A DNA stretch of 50,045 bases, filler included, from Catajapyx aquilonaris (taxonomy: Eukaryota): the NCBI GenBank assembly GCA_000934665.2. It is 2 parts of 2 records of this genome, joined end to end, with 100 filler letters (N's around TTAATTAATTAA, not from the genome) between each part and the next. Parts side by side here need not be neighbours in the genome. Positions count along the whole stretch, not along the records: positions 1 to 24,980 come from KZ539351.1; 1 more part is not named here. The stretch is one strand, 5' to 3'. Positions 1 to 10,800 of the stretch are shown piece by piece. The position numbers were made by a program, and so were the translations under genes. Under the pieces are notes generated by a model. The model did not search any database. It was not told the origin of the DNA and saw only the letters and a list, made by a program, of their open reading frames with translations. Positions within the stretch are counted from its first letter, which is position 1. Each line of letters starts with the position of its first letter.

Positions 1-642
1 GGAACTGATATCTTAAAACGGAATATGCCAAAAAAATCCAAAAAATATGGGCGAATTTATTATGTAGTTTCCAAAATGAAGGCTAGTTCCCCATTCACTT
101 TAATTTCTGTATCGCCAACACCCATGGGCGATCTGCTGTCGAGTCAGTTTCTCCTGGTTGGTTAGCAGTCGTGGTATCCAAGTGCATGCACCTTTCAGTA
201 CTGCCGTTGCCGTTTGATGATCGTGTCCAGAGGGGTGCAGGGGTCATTTTGGTAATGGCAGCCTCCTTACTGAAATTCTTGGCCTTTTATCGCGTAGTAC
301 AAGGTCATCAAAAAACAATGTCCCAATTTTAAAACACTATAACTCGAAAACTTGTAGACATACATATACTCTAAATTCTTAAGTTTTGAAATCCTAAGAA
401 CTGTCTTAAATCTTGACCTCACCTTAGTTTGCTTTGATATGAGCCCCCGCGCGCGCAGCCACCCGGGTACTAGGCGAAACTGGTTTAATGTCATGGGTTT
501 GAGCCAATTTTGAAGGGGGTTTCCGTGGGCGGCATGCTCTTTCGTCAGCTCTTTCGAATGGTCATATCGGAGTGTACCTGGAACCAGGCAGGATGGATGA
601 GCAGGGAGCTCCTGGTGTGGGTACTTCCGCTGGTCCAATTTT

Positions 643-880
643 TGTGTAGTCTGTCGGCGTCGCAGCCGTGAAGTCAGCCACGAGAGTTTTTTTCTTTTCA
701 TTTCCGTGTTGAAAGGAACATTTGATGCGCCAATGGCAAGCAGCGCTGAATTTACCTCCAACGTGTGTACCCAAGGGAAATCATCGGGTGTGCATAGATC
801 ATTTTGACAGGGAGTCACTATTTCCATACACACCACATAAGAGGTGGGCACTGAAGCCCAATGCTGTTCCTAAACTGCAG
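643..880 (+). pseudogene. Degenerate THAP zinc-finger exon (probably transposon-derived)
   Basis: CVVC, a frameshift in poly-T, then FSFPC*...RQW...RVCIDHF...LKPNAVP, matching the THAP C2CH and AVP box; ends at a CAG|gtagg donor-like site. Confidence 0.7.
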
Positions 881-952
881 GTAGGCTTATTCTGGGACAA
901 AGGCCGTACCCAGCGAGGGGCAGGGGGGCAGCTGCGTGAAGACGCAGATCGA

Positions 953-1305
953 GTCGCTGACGAAGTACTTCAAAAAGCGCAAGACATTGCAGTGAAATCG
1001 GAAATATCTGTTCCACGGCTTGCTCACAAGCAAAGACACCGGAGCAATCATCCATCAGACAGTGTTAATGACTACTGGAAGAGTTCACTAATTATACCAT
1101 ATCTTGATTCGCTTATATCATCGTTAAATATACGATTCTCCCAGGAACATACCCCACCTTTTGCCTTGACAAAACTGCATCCTCTAAAAATGAGTGTCAG
1201 TGACTTTTAAAAACAAGCAGAATTCTTTACAGAGTTGTATGAATTGGAAGGTATCATCGCGTAGCTGGACCTGTGGCATAACATGTGGAAGAATAAGGAT
1301 TTAAC
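953..1305 (+). mobile_element. hAT-type transposase C-terminal fragment (copy 1)
   Basis: PRLAHKQRHRSN...DYWKSSLIIPYLDSLISSLNIRF resembles hAT/ZMYM/P52rIPK-type transposases; in-frame stops; inverted copy at 4806-6153. Confidence 0.7.
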
Positions 1306-1904
1306 GGAGGACAAGTTAATGGGGCACTACAGTCATCGACCTTCAAAAATTCGGCTTTATTTTTATTTTTGAAAAAAAATCAAGCGTCTTTTCCTGCGTC
1401 GACGCGGCAAAATGCGTCCAGATATTCAAAAATCAGCGCGTCGGAAGCGGATGCCTGGCAACCTTGCCTGGCAACGACCTTCGGTTCCCCCTGCTCTCCC
1501 CACCTACCCGCTGGCATGAGCGCCATCAGGTGCTGCTCCCGCGCGGACGCGGAGGCACTAGGCCGGTCCTGCTGTCAACAGCGTGTATGTGTGACACTAG
1601 CGTTTTTAAAAAAAATCACATTATCGCTCTGTTACGTTACCCTACTTTTAACTTTAAACGCGATTTTCTCAGTTTTCCGGATTTGGACACTGTCGCATCG
1701 CCCAGGCCACAAAAATTTAGCTATACGGACTTCCCACTTCACCAAATTTATCCTCAAACGCTATCCAGTGGCCTAAAAGATTTAGCCTGCTCGAACTACT
1801 TCTATTTTAAATTGGCTCCCTCCCGAAGGAAGGGGAGTGGAGGGGCTGGGCACCCCCTCGCCTGCGCAGCATAAGAATCCCCATCGGAAAGAGCAATCCC
1901 AGCG

Positions 1905-1980
1905 ATGGCTGCTGTAGTGTATTGGTTAGCGCGCTGGCCTATACATCAGAAGACTGCAGGTTCGCGTCCCCGTGAGGCTT
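1905..1980 (+). repeat. tRNA-like head (A/B boxes), probably a SINE or tRNA pseudogene
   Basis: gtagtgtattggttagc (A-box-like) and ggttcgcgtcccc (B-box-like); no convincing acceptor stem. Confidence 0.45.
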
Positions 1981-2293
1981 CTTTCCCCCCCCCCCCCCNC
2001 CCCCCCTCTTTTTTCGTCGTCTTTTCTTACGTGAAGATAGGGCTGTATATGTGAAGATAGGGCTGGTTACGCTGAGGATAGGGCTGTATCCGCAACGAGT
2101 GAAGGTTAGGTTTGGTTAGTACATCGTACTAAGCTTCTTGCTTTTTTTCTTTGCCTTTCAAATTCCCCACTTTCCACGCCCACTCCCCCTCTTGCGGGAG
2201 GGAGCCAATGGGGGGGCCTGGATTTAGGTCCTATTCTGTACTGTTGAGCTTTTGTAAATATGCGTGCGGGTGTGTGTGTTGGTGTGTGTGTGG

Positions 2294-2512
2294 GCGCGCA
2301 TTGCTATCCTTGTGAGGAATTTTGTCATTACGAGGTAGTTTTCCTGTACCTCATAGTGAACACACGCCTCACAAGGATAGGGAAAAATCTAAAAATACCT
2401 CATAAAGACAGTAAAAATATATTTCACCAAAATTTCGTGTTTCCTTGTAGGTTAGGTTAGGTTAGGTTAGTTTTAAATTTTGGAAAAACCTCACAAGGAT
2501 AGGAATGCGCGC
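2294..2512. repeat. Small inverted-repeat element containing (TTAGG)n
   Basis: gcgcgcattgctatccttgtgagg ... cctcacaaggataggaatgcgcgc flank gttaggttaggttaggttag at about 2451-2470. Confidence 0.6.
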
Positions 2513-3159
2513 CTGGGTGTGTGTAGGTGGGGGCAAGGGGTGGGGGTTTCTCTGTGAGGTTGGGGGGTTGAGTGGCAATCATCGGCGAAGGGCCCTAGGA
2601 TAATCATGAGCAGCGGGCAGTTGTGATTGTTGCACCTGCACCACTACTTTTGAAAATCCATCATGTTGCATAGGGTGATAGGCAGTAATTGTTTTCCATG
2701 AGGTCTTTAGGTGCGCAATGTGAACCATGTGGCCGGCGGGCGGTGCAAATCCTTCTCGACTATACAATGAGCATCCAAATTGGCCCTCGGGCTGCCCCTG
2801 GGTGCACACCACACCCAGTGCCGTGTCTAGATAGAAAATCGTGGGAGAAGTCAACAAATTTCGCCCCCCCCCCCCNNNNNNNNNNNNNNNNNNNNNNNNN
2901 NNNNNNNNNNNNNNNNNNNNNNNNNNNNNNNNNNNNNNNNNNNNNNTATCAGTGTCATGGTATGATACATACTAACATATAGCCTACAACTGTTCATTGC
3001 GTGCAGTCGCACCGATGCACAGCCCTAAGGCCGTCTCTGGGGTTAATCTTCCAGGACATTCATGGGTGATTCTCCAAAAATCATCTAATGCAATATCTGG
3101 CTTTGATACTAGAAAATTGTTAAATTACTTCAATGAGAAGCTCTTAGCAATTTCCGACC

Positions 3160-3411
3160 CAATTGAGGGGTGTGGGGGAAAACCATGATAACTGTCATTT
3201 TTCACCTAAACACCTAGCAACTATGTATAAGACATGACAAACAGTTTGGTATACTCCAAGTTCATGTATCATGCATGAGGCGGCCACACGGACTAGATCA
3301 CAACCAGCATTCCCTATGATTTGTTAAGAAAATCAAATTTCAATTCGCTCTCCTGAAAAATTTATTACTCTTTTGTCAGTTATCATGTTTTTCCCCCACA
3401 CCCCTCAATTG
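3160..3411. mobile_element. MITE-like element with about 35-bp TIRs
   Basis: caattgaggggtgtgggggaaaaccatgataactg ... cagttatcatgtttttcccccacacccctcaattg; no clear TSD. Confidence 0.6.
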
Positions 3412-3515
3412 ACAGAAGGGAAAGTCCAACCAGTCTCGTTTGCATCATGGTTGAGCACAAATAGTTCTTAATCAACTTTAACTTGCTGAAACTCCTCTCA
3501 CATGATGCAATAGAG

Positions 3516-4016
3516 CAGCGGTTCTCAAACTTTGCCACATCGGGCCCCCCTAGAAAGTAATTTCAGATATGCCCCCCAACAACCGAATAAGCCCGCCGCA
3601 GGCGAAAATTTTTTTGTTCAACGTCACACAATCTTAGGTGAATGCAATAACTGACAAAGTACAGTGGAATCCTCCTATACTGAAAGCACATCGCCTATAA
3701 GCAAGTAGAAAGATCGGTCCCTTACTTCATATTTCCAGCAGTGCCAATGTCCAAGCGCAGTTGAAGCCGGATATAACAGACTTGTCTGCTATTATCTGAC
3801 TGCACAAATCCTTATTCGGAACTGCACTTTTGGCTTTTAGAATTCACGAATTGTGTAGAACTGCATGCTACAGTAAGCCCTGAGAAGTAGTTGTTACCTA
3901 ATCTGTGCGACTTTTATCCTTTTCGAGTCACAGATTTTTTGGGTTCGCCCCCTGTTCGCCCTGCCACCCCTTCGCGCCCCTCCAGGGGAGCGCGCCCCAC
4001 AGTTTGAGAACCGCTG
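3516..4016. mobile_element. Non-autonomous hAT (Charlie-like) MITE
   Basis: TIR cagcggttctcaaact / agtttgagaaccgctg; perfect 8-bp TSD caatagag (3508-3515, 4017-4024). Confidence 0.9.
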
Positions 4017-5107
4017 CAATAGAGACTGGTACAGTCAATAGAAGAATGTTGGTTGTCAGTGAATTTGGAAAAACCTCTTGAAGATTGTTCTTCACAATGA
4101 AATTGGCTATGACAATTGGCTTTGATGACTTGTTGGGCGCTCATCAATATCCCCTCCCCCCTACTCGGTGCTCATGTCCATTTTGAAATATGCCCCCTGG
4201 CCGCGGTCCTCAGTCGAGACTGCTTTTTTCGCCCCCCTTTGCTGATTGCGCCCCCTAATTGGCGAAACGGGGGGGGGGCGGTCTTCACCCCCCAACCCCC
4301 CACAAAACACGGCATTGACCACACCATTGCATTGTATTCGGTTGGGGATGTGATGATTAATCCGAGATTACAGAACTGAGAACGCACATTCAAAGTGGCC
4401 CCGGGCCGCCCCGGGGCCGCCCCTAGCCACTGTCCGTCCACAGTCACGGTCCGTCCCCGTCCTCACTCCACACATTTGGTTGGTGAGGCGATGGAAAATC
4501 CGACCTGACGGAAGTCACATCCAAAGAGGCCCCGGGACCGCCCCAAGCCTCAGGCCTCCCCCGGGCACTCTCCCCCGCAACCTGAAGCAAACCCTGCCCC
4601 ACCAAAACTCCCTGGGGGCCTGAAAAAGCCCAGGGCCAACACTCCCATAAGTCCTATGGAATCTCGAGACGTCCCGTGGATATACAGGATGTTTTCAATC
4701 GCGCGCCTCCCGTAACTTTTCACCACGGTGGCGTCCGTCGTCCGTATGGGAGTTACGTCACAATTTATGCCCCTGCAGACTTACGCGAGCCACCACGATT
4801 CCGGCATAAATCCTTATTCTTCCACATGTTATGCCATAGGTCCAGCTCCGCGATGATACCTTCCAATTCATAAAACTCTGTAAAGAATTCTGCTTGTTTT
4901 TAAAAGTCACTGACACTCATTTTTAGAGGATGCAGTTTTGTCAAGGCTAAAGGTGGGGTATGTTCTTGGGAGAATCGTATATTTAACGATGATATAAGCG
5001 AATCAAGATATGGTATAATTAGTGAACGCTTCCAGTAGTCATTAACGCTGTCTGATGGATGATTGCTCCGGTGTCTTTGCTTGTGAGCATGCCTTGGAAC
5101 AGATATT

Positions 5108-5390
5108 AATAATTCATACCCCGTTATCAGCCTATCGGCTCTTTAGGGGGGAAGTTTTTTGTTTTGCCTGGAACTCTTTGCTTTCATTTTACTGCGCTTT
5201 TTGGGATAGGATAGGGACGGAAGGAAGCGGCTGTGGCCTATTAATTACGGAAGCAACTCCGGAATTTTCCTGGAAGGACCGTGGGAAACCGCAGAAAACC
5301 ACGGTCAGAGTTGCCGGCTCCGGGATTCGAACCCAGGACCTCCCGATTAGCAGTCGGACGCCTTATCCACTATGCCAACCTGCTTCGGTC
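5108..5390 (-). mobile_element. tRNA-derived SINE
   Basis: Near-identical to the SINE at 23168-23500; 13-bp TSD tggaacagatatt (5095-5107, 5392-5404). Confidence 0.9.
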
Positions 5391-5405
5391 GTGGAACAGA
5401 TATTT

Positions 5406-6095
5406 GAATAGCTGATTTTCTAAAGGGCGGAAGTCCATTTTCGTCAGTTTTGATGCGGATTTGTCTAGATAAATAGCTCCCCTATGAACTGACATTGTAG
5501 AGGGCTGATTGTAGTGAAGTGAAGACCACACTGCCAACAGAAATCAACTTTCCCAAGGCGTACACATAGGAGGTCCCCATCAACGACAGAAAAATTGCGG
5601 ACAGATTGCGGTTAAGAAAGTCCTCAAGTACATCCCGGAAGAGCACCGCCCCTTCTACGACAAAATCGTGTCGTGGAAGACCACTGTAGCGGACTCTGAT
5701 GACTGAAAACCAGATACTTTTCAGTACATTAAAGGATGTTGTCAAGTTACAACAGGTTTGAACATTACTGTAATGCGTTGATTTTCTAAAGGGCGTAAGT
5801 CCACAACTTTGAAGAGGTCCATGTAGAGCTATGCATACCTAACATGTGCTACTGTACGTATTTAGTAGTGATTAACTGTTAGTAACTTCAGCTAAATTGC
5901 TTCCCAACGCAGACCTTTAGCTTTGACGGAATTTTGTTTTTTTACGCAAAACATGTACTATATCGCCCAAAAAGATAGAGACGATTTTGCATTTGACTCA
6001 AGTGCAACTTGCACTTGAATCAAATGCCAATCGTCTCTATCTTTTTGAGCGATATAGTACACAGTGACTTACGCCCTTTAGAAAATCAGCTATTC
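5406..6095. mobile_element. Non-autonomous TIR element with 4-bp TSD (possibly Sola1-like)
   Basis: TIR gaatagctgattttctaaagggcg / cgccctttagaaaatcagctattc; TSD attt on both sides. Confidence 0.8.
5954..6061. repeat. About 108-bp palindromic mini-element (copy 1)
   Basis: tgtactatatcg...cgatatagtaca near-perfect hairpin; second copy at 33410-33518. Confidence 0.85.
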
Positions 6096-6953
6096 ATTTC
6101 TATTTCCGATTTCACTGCAATGTCTTGCGCTTTTTGAAGTACTTCGTCAGCGAATTTGTACAGACTCTTCCATACCTTTTTAAGAGAGGAAGGCATTGTC
6201 TAACGGCTAGGGCATGTCTGTAGAAGACAGAGTGACTATGGCTGCACTCCTTCGATTTTTTTTACTTATTTCTGGTGACAGCTCAGGTAGTCTGGACAGT
6301 CATTGCTTCCGGCCAACTGTGAATACCTTGATGCAGTAGTAACATACAATGCCATTTGTGGTGAAAAATTAGTCCAATAATAAACTAAAAATTTCGAGGC
6401 CGTTGTGTTAAATGGCAGGTGGACCCGTGAACTACTGGATTTTATTGAAACAAGATTGGCAAATCACGTGAGCGTGATTAGAGAAGACTTTTTCGTGTTT
6501 ACTGCTATTGTCCCCAAAGTCAGGCACGGGACTGGGAGGGGAGATCTGGGGGAGGGGGCGATGGGGGGACTGGGAGGTCAGCGGGAAAGGGACGTGGAAA
6601 GGGGGGACGTGGACAGGGGGGTGAATGGGCGGTCAGGGGGAGGGGGAGGGAGCAGCCAGAGGGCTCGGAAAAAGTCTTGGCTCTGTCTGTCTGTCTGATA
6701 CCTGTCCACAGACAGGCAGAGAGACAGAGCCGTTCTATAATACTTTTTTCTTCGAAAAAGTCTAAAAGCATCCTGCTATTCTCAATGTTTCCGCGGAGGC
6801 CTATATGCATAGCTTTGCGGAGCCCTTGGGACACCATACAAAGTGTTCCACGATGTGTTCTGGCAAATAGCAAGGAGCCAGGACTTATCAGACTCGCCCT
6901 GTGTGTGGTCAGATGGTCACCACCCAGGATCTGCTACACTAAGTAGTGATATA

Positions 6954-7516
6954 CAGTAAAACTTCTATAAGTCGAACTTCCCTAAGTCGAAGTTCTCTAT
7001 AAGTCGAAGAAAATGATGAGCTTGGTTGGTCACAATGTAAAATAATAGGAAATAAACATCCCTAACTCGAAGTGCAGGCAGGGCCTTACGATGGGATTTC
7101 AATGCATTTTCAGTCTCCCTAAGTCCAAGTTCATGTTGGCGAGGACGGAAAATTTTCTAATTTCCCAACCGAAGGGTCGAGAGTAGGCCACATGTATCAA
7201 TACAGAAAGGCTCAATTTCCTGATCTCGGTCTACCAGACGTACCGAAAGAAGTGTTTGGCTCGATTGTGACAATTGAATCCTTGAATCTAAGAGTAGGCA
7301 AATGTCCATAACGGAGATTTTTTACAACAAAACAATGAGGAAGTGTGATAGTGAGAGTTATTTTTAAGTTATCGACACCTTTCGTGGCTGGATATAAAGG
7401 TAGGCTTCCTTATAGAGTTATGTGCTTAAAGAAATCCAAGCTTCACTAACTCGAATCTTCTATAACTCGAAGTTTTTTCCGGTCCCATGGAGATTCGACT
7501 TATAGAGGTTTTACTG
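6954..7516. mobile_element. Tigger/pogo-type MITE
   Basis: TIR cagtaaaacttctataagtcgaa / ttcgacttatagaggttttactg; TA TSD; subterminal taagtcgaa repeats. Confidence 0.88.
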
Positions 7517-7694
7517 TATTATCAATCTCACCATCTTGGTGCTGTCTGCTGTGGAGACCATTTCCCCACTACACAGAGTGATCCTCTTGTCCATGAGATA
7601 CCATCATGGAAGTTTTTCGGACGCATAATGAAACACTTTGTATTCTGTCATACATCTTTGCCGGACAATTGGAAGGATTGATATATTCTCTTAC

Positions 7695-7811
7695 CTGTGG
7701 ATTTCCAGTAGTACGGCCCACTGATTTGTACTCATTCTCGTAATTATCTGCACAGTGACCAGAGTCTACTAGGGAATGTTGTCCATTCGCATGCCCATTT
7801 GGATAACCACC
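7695..7811 (-). CDS. Cytoplasmic exon (GGYPNGHANGQH...TTGNPQ)
   Basis: Acceptor tgacag|GGT and donor CAG|gtaaga; 117 nt with no stop, phase 0 to 0. Confidence 0.7.
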
Positions 7812-10800
7812 CTGTCAAGGAGTGAACAAAAGTAGTCATAAGTAACATACGCATTGAGAGATTACAGGAGTGAATTGCTTGCAAACGCCATTAGTACGAG
7901 GGCTATTTTTAAGTTCTCATGAGCTGTGAATCAAAAACAAAGAGCGGTGGATTCTTTTCTACTTACAAAGTTAGCTACATTCTTATGCTATTTATCGACA
8001 TAGTCACCATCCCAATTGAATCACTTATCATAACACATCACCATCTTTTGTATGCCTATCCCATAGAACAGAGGGCTCAAACATGCGGCCCCCTTCTTTT
8101 GCGCCGCACTAACCTCGGAGAGGCAATGCAATGGCGCCATGGCGGCTGGACTCAGCTCCGCTAATCCAGCCGTATGTGAGGCAGTGCGGACCTGGCAATC
8201 TGGCATACATATTAAATATGCGTATCCTGATTTTGGCAGTGGCTATCTTCATGGGGCTTCAAGAAGTAAATTAATTTACTTTTAAAAAGACGGGGTCGGA
8301 GCAAGGTCGGAGCGCTATCATCCGAGAGGCGCGATTTTTAAAACGGGCGTTCGAAATGGAATCAGGTAGGACAATGGCATAGCAACATGGAACAGTCTAG
8401 CAGGCATGATAGTAGGGCCTAGGCGCAGGGGGAATAAATGGCATACAGGTTAGCCAGGCTCCTGCACAACATTCGGCGTGTGTGGAGAGTGCGGCATGTG
8501 GCCAACACCCCTACCTCACCTTCGGATTTATCGTCCCCGCCTGGATCCATATTCTTTGCCTTCTTCATCCCCTTTCCAGCCATTATCTCACTCGATTGAC
8601 TTGTCTGCAACGTGCACCAAGGCTACTTCTACTACTGGATCGGAATATAAGCCTTGCGTGCACACAACGTGTCTGCTACCTACAATGCTGCTACCGAAAA
8701 CCAAGCCAAATGCCGAAGTACCGAACCTCCGAACGCAAATTTATTAGTTTACGCCGCAATCCTTGATCGTTGTATCATCCCAGATCCGGTTCCGAACAGA
8801 GGCGGGCGACGATCTTCATTTGTTTCCCCAGCTCCGAATTTCATTGCGTAAATCCGTCATTACTAATTGTTTAAGCATCAAAAATGTGTTTTCAGGACTA
8901 TAAAATATATGAAATAAAAAAGACATGTATCAATATTAAAAAGCCCATTTATCGCACAGACAGTGCCCGAAAACCTGACTGTGAAATCGTGGCAACACCG
9001 CGACTCGGTAGTGCACCCTTCCAACCTAGTGCCCTCCTCTAAGCAGGCAGTGAGGCAACTCTGAATGGGAGCAACTAGTGTGGCGCTAGTGCGGACCTAG
9101 TTTCGCACTAGTTAATGAGGACTTTTGCGTTGCATTAGCCAACGACTCTGAATACGGACCCATGTCTGCATTTATGGCTCTGCCATGGTTTCAGTGGGGA
9201 AGTCTGGGAAAATATTTCTTCTGGAAGTGTCAGGTGTAGTTGTGTTCGGTAGCACCAAGACTCACAAGGGCATAGATTCGACTGGCCGCAGAGGAAATGC
9301 GGCCCAGATGTACAGATGTTCGGAGTCTGGTGGCTCACAGAATGACCGCCTGACACTGTCCGTAATTTATTATGCCCCACGCTAGCGTTGGGGGTGCATA
9401 GGGCCCTAGGTCACCTGGTTGGGGGGGGGGGGGGGGGAATTAATTNATTGGGACTAAAAATGACTACTCATCTTGGGCCCATCCTTCCAAGTTACTCTTT
9501 AGTCGTGCTTTATACTCCATCGTGCTGGTTAGTCGTCAGTGTATTCCCGCATCAGTGATCTGTGCATCAGGACGCCCAAAAATGAAGAGGTAAAGATTGA
9601 TTCACAAATGCGGCGGATGCGGATGGCTGAGCGAGCGGCAGCGCCGCCATCTTGCCTCCTCCATCTGCCTGCTACCCGTCCGCGCCAGTCCAACCAGATG
9701 GACTCGAGCTGTCCCCACCGCCCAGAGTTTCCGCCCGCAGAGCCACCGCCGAATATGTGAATTGCCACCGCTCACATTCCGCACCCCCATCGCACGCTTT
9801 CCGCCCGCTCAGCCATCCGTCGAGTTTGTGAAGCAGCTCCTTGAGTCCCTAGCCACACTAGGGGGAATCGCCGCGACGGAATTTCCGATGTGGTCCGCTC
9901 AAAAATCTCAAACACATGGAAATAAACGGGCTTCCGTCGGGATAAGGCACACACGCCGGTTTTTCCGTCGTTCCGTCGAACACCAGCGGAAGACACAGCA
10001 GAGAAAATCCGCTCAGTTTTCCGCCGGGGACAACAATCCCACTGCAATACATTGATTCCGGCGGGGAAAGGCCACACTACCGATGGAGAAATCGGGTTCG
10101 CTGGCCCTGCACCAGGGGGATTGGTAGCTGAAAGGGCCGCAAGGCGGCAGCATGGTCGACGGAAATTCCGCTTGACAAAACGTGACAAAATCAAACCGTT
10201 CTCAAAATTGTTATTCCGTATATTTTAACGTATTTCATAATTAAATTAGCCTAAAGGCCATTTCACAAAAAAAATGTCGCGCGGCAAACGGCGCGACTTG
10301 CGGCAAATTTTTATTTATATTTATTGTTGCCAATTGTTGGCAACAATAAAATTTGCCGCAAGTCGCGCCGTTTGCCGCGCGACATTTTTTTTGTGAAATG
10401 GCCTTTACAGTTGGCCGGCTGTACTCGAATTTCGAGTTTTCCCAGCGGTATTTTTGAAATTAATTTATGAACTTCTATGGGAGTAGAATTGTTTCCACCA
10501 CATTCATAGGGTTTTCCATGATCGGGTAAGTATATCTTAGCTGTTATTGTTTGTAAAATATCTTGTTCGCATCTTCAGCGCATGCGTAAGCAGAAAACTA
10601 GGCGACGCGTCGCCTAGTTTTCTGCAGTACCAGCTGTACCCGCCGCCGTCGCGACGGCGGGTACAGCTGGTACTGCGCGGATTGCCGAGATTCTAGGTGG
10701 CTGGGGCTCAAGGGGGTCAACTTACTTTGTTTTTTACTTTGTATCCTAAGCAATTACAAGTATAACCAAAAACCTCGCCAAAAACCTTTATTGAAAAATT

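Larger units (their letters stand above)
4806..6153 (-). mobile_element. Inverted copy of the hAT transposase fragment, split by a SINE and a TIR element
   Basis: 4806-5107 plus 6096-6153 is the near-exact reverse complement of 953-1305. Confidence 0.85.

Noticed and set aside
267..851. 194-aa minus-strand ORF as a gene
   Set aside because: It is antisense to the THAP relic and has no recognisable motif.
1325..1919. CACTA element (cactacag...ctgtagtg)
   Set aside because: No TSD, and the right end is better explained as the A-box region of a tRNA-like head.
2451..2470. Telomere
   Set aside because: Only about four TTAGG units, inside a small inverted-repeat element.
7532..7646. Next cytoplasmic exon of the receptor gene
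   Set aside because: An open frame exists, but the implied intron is under 50 nt with a poor pyrimidine tract and there is no homology support.
7895..8075. Complete mariner element starting tacgagggc
   Set aside because: No matching opposite TIR or transposase was found; at most a fragment.
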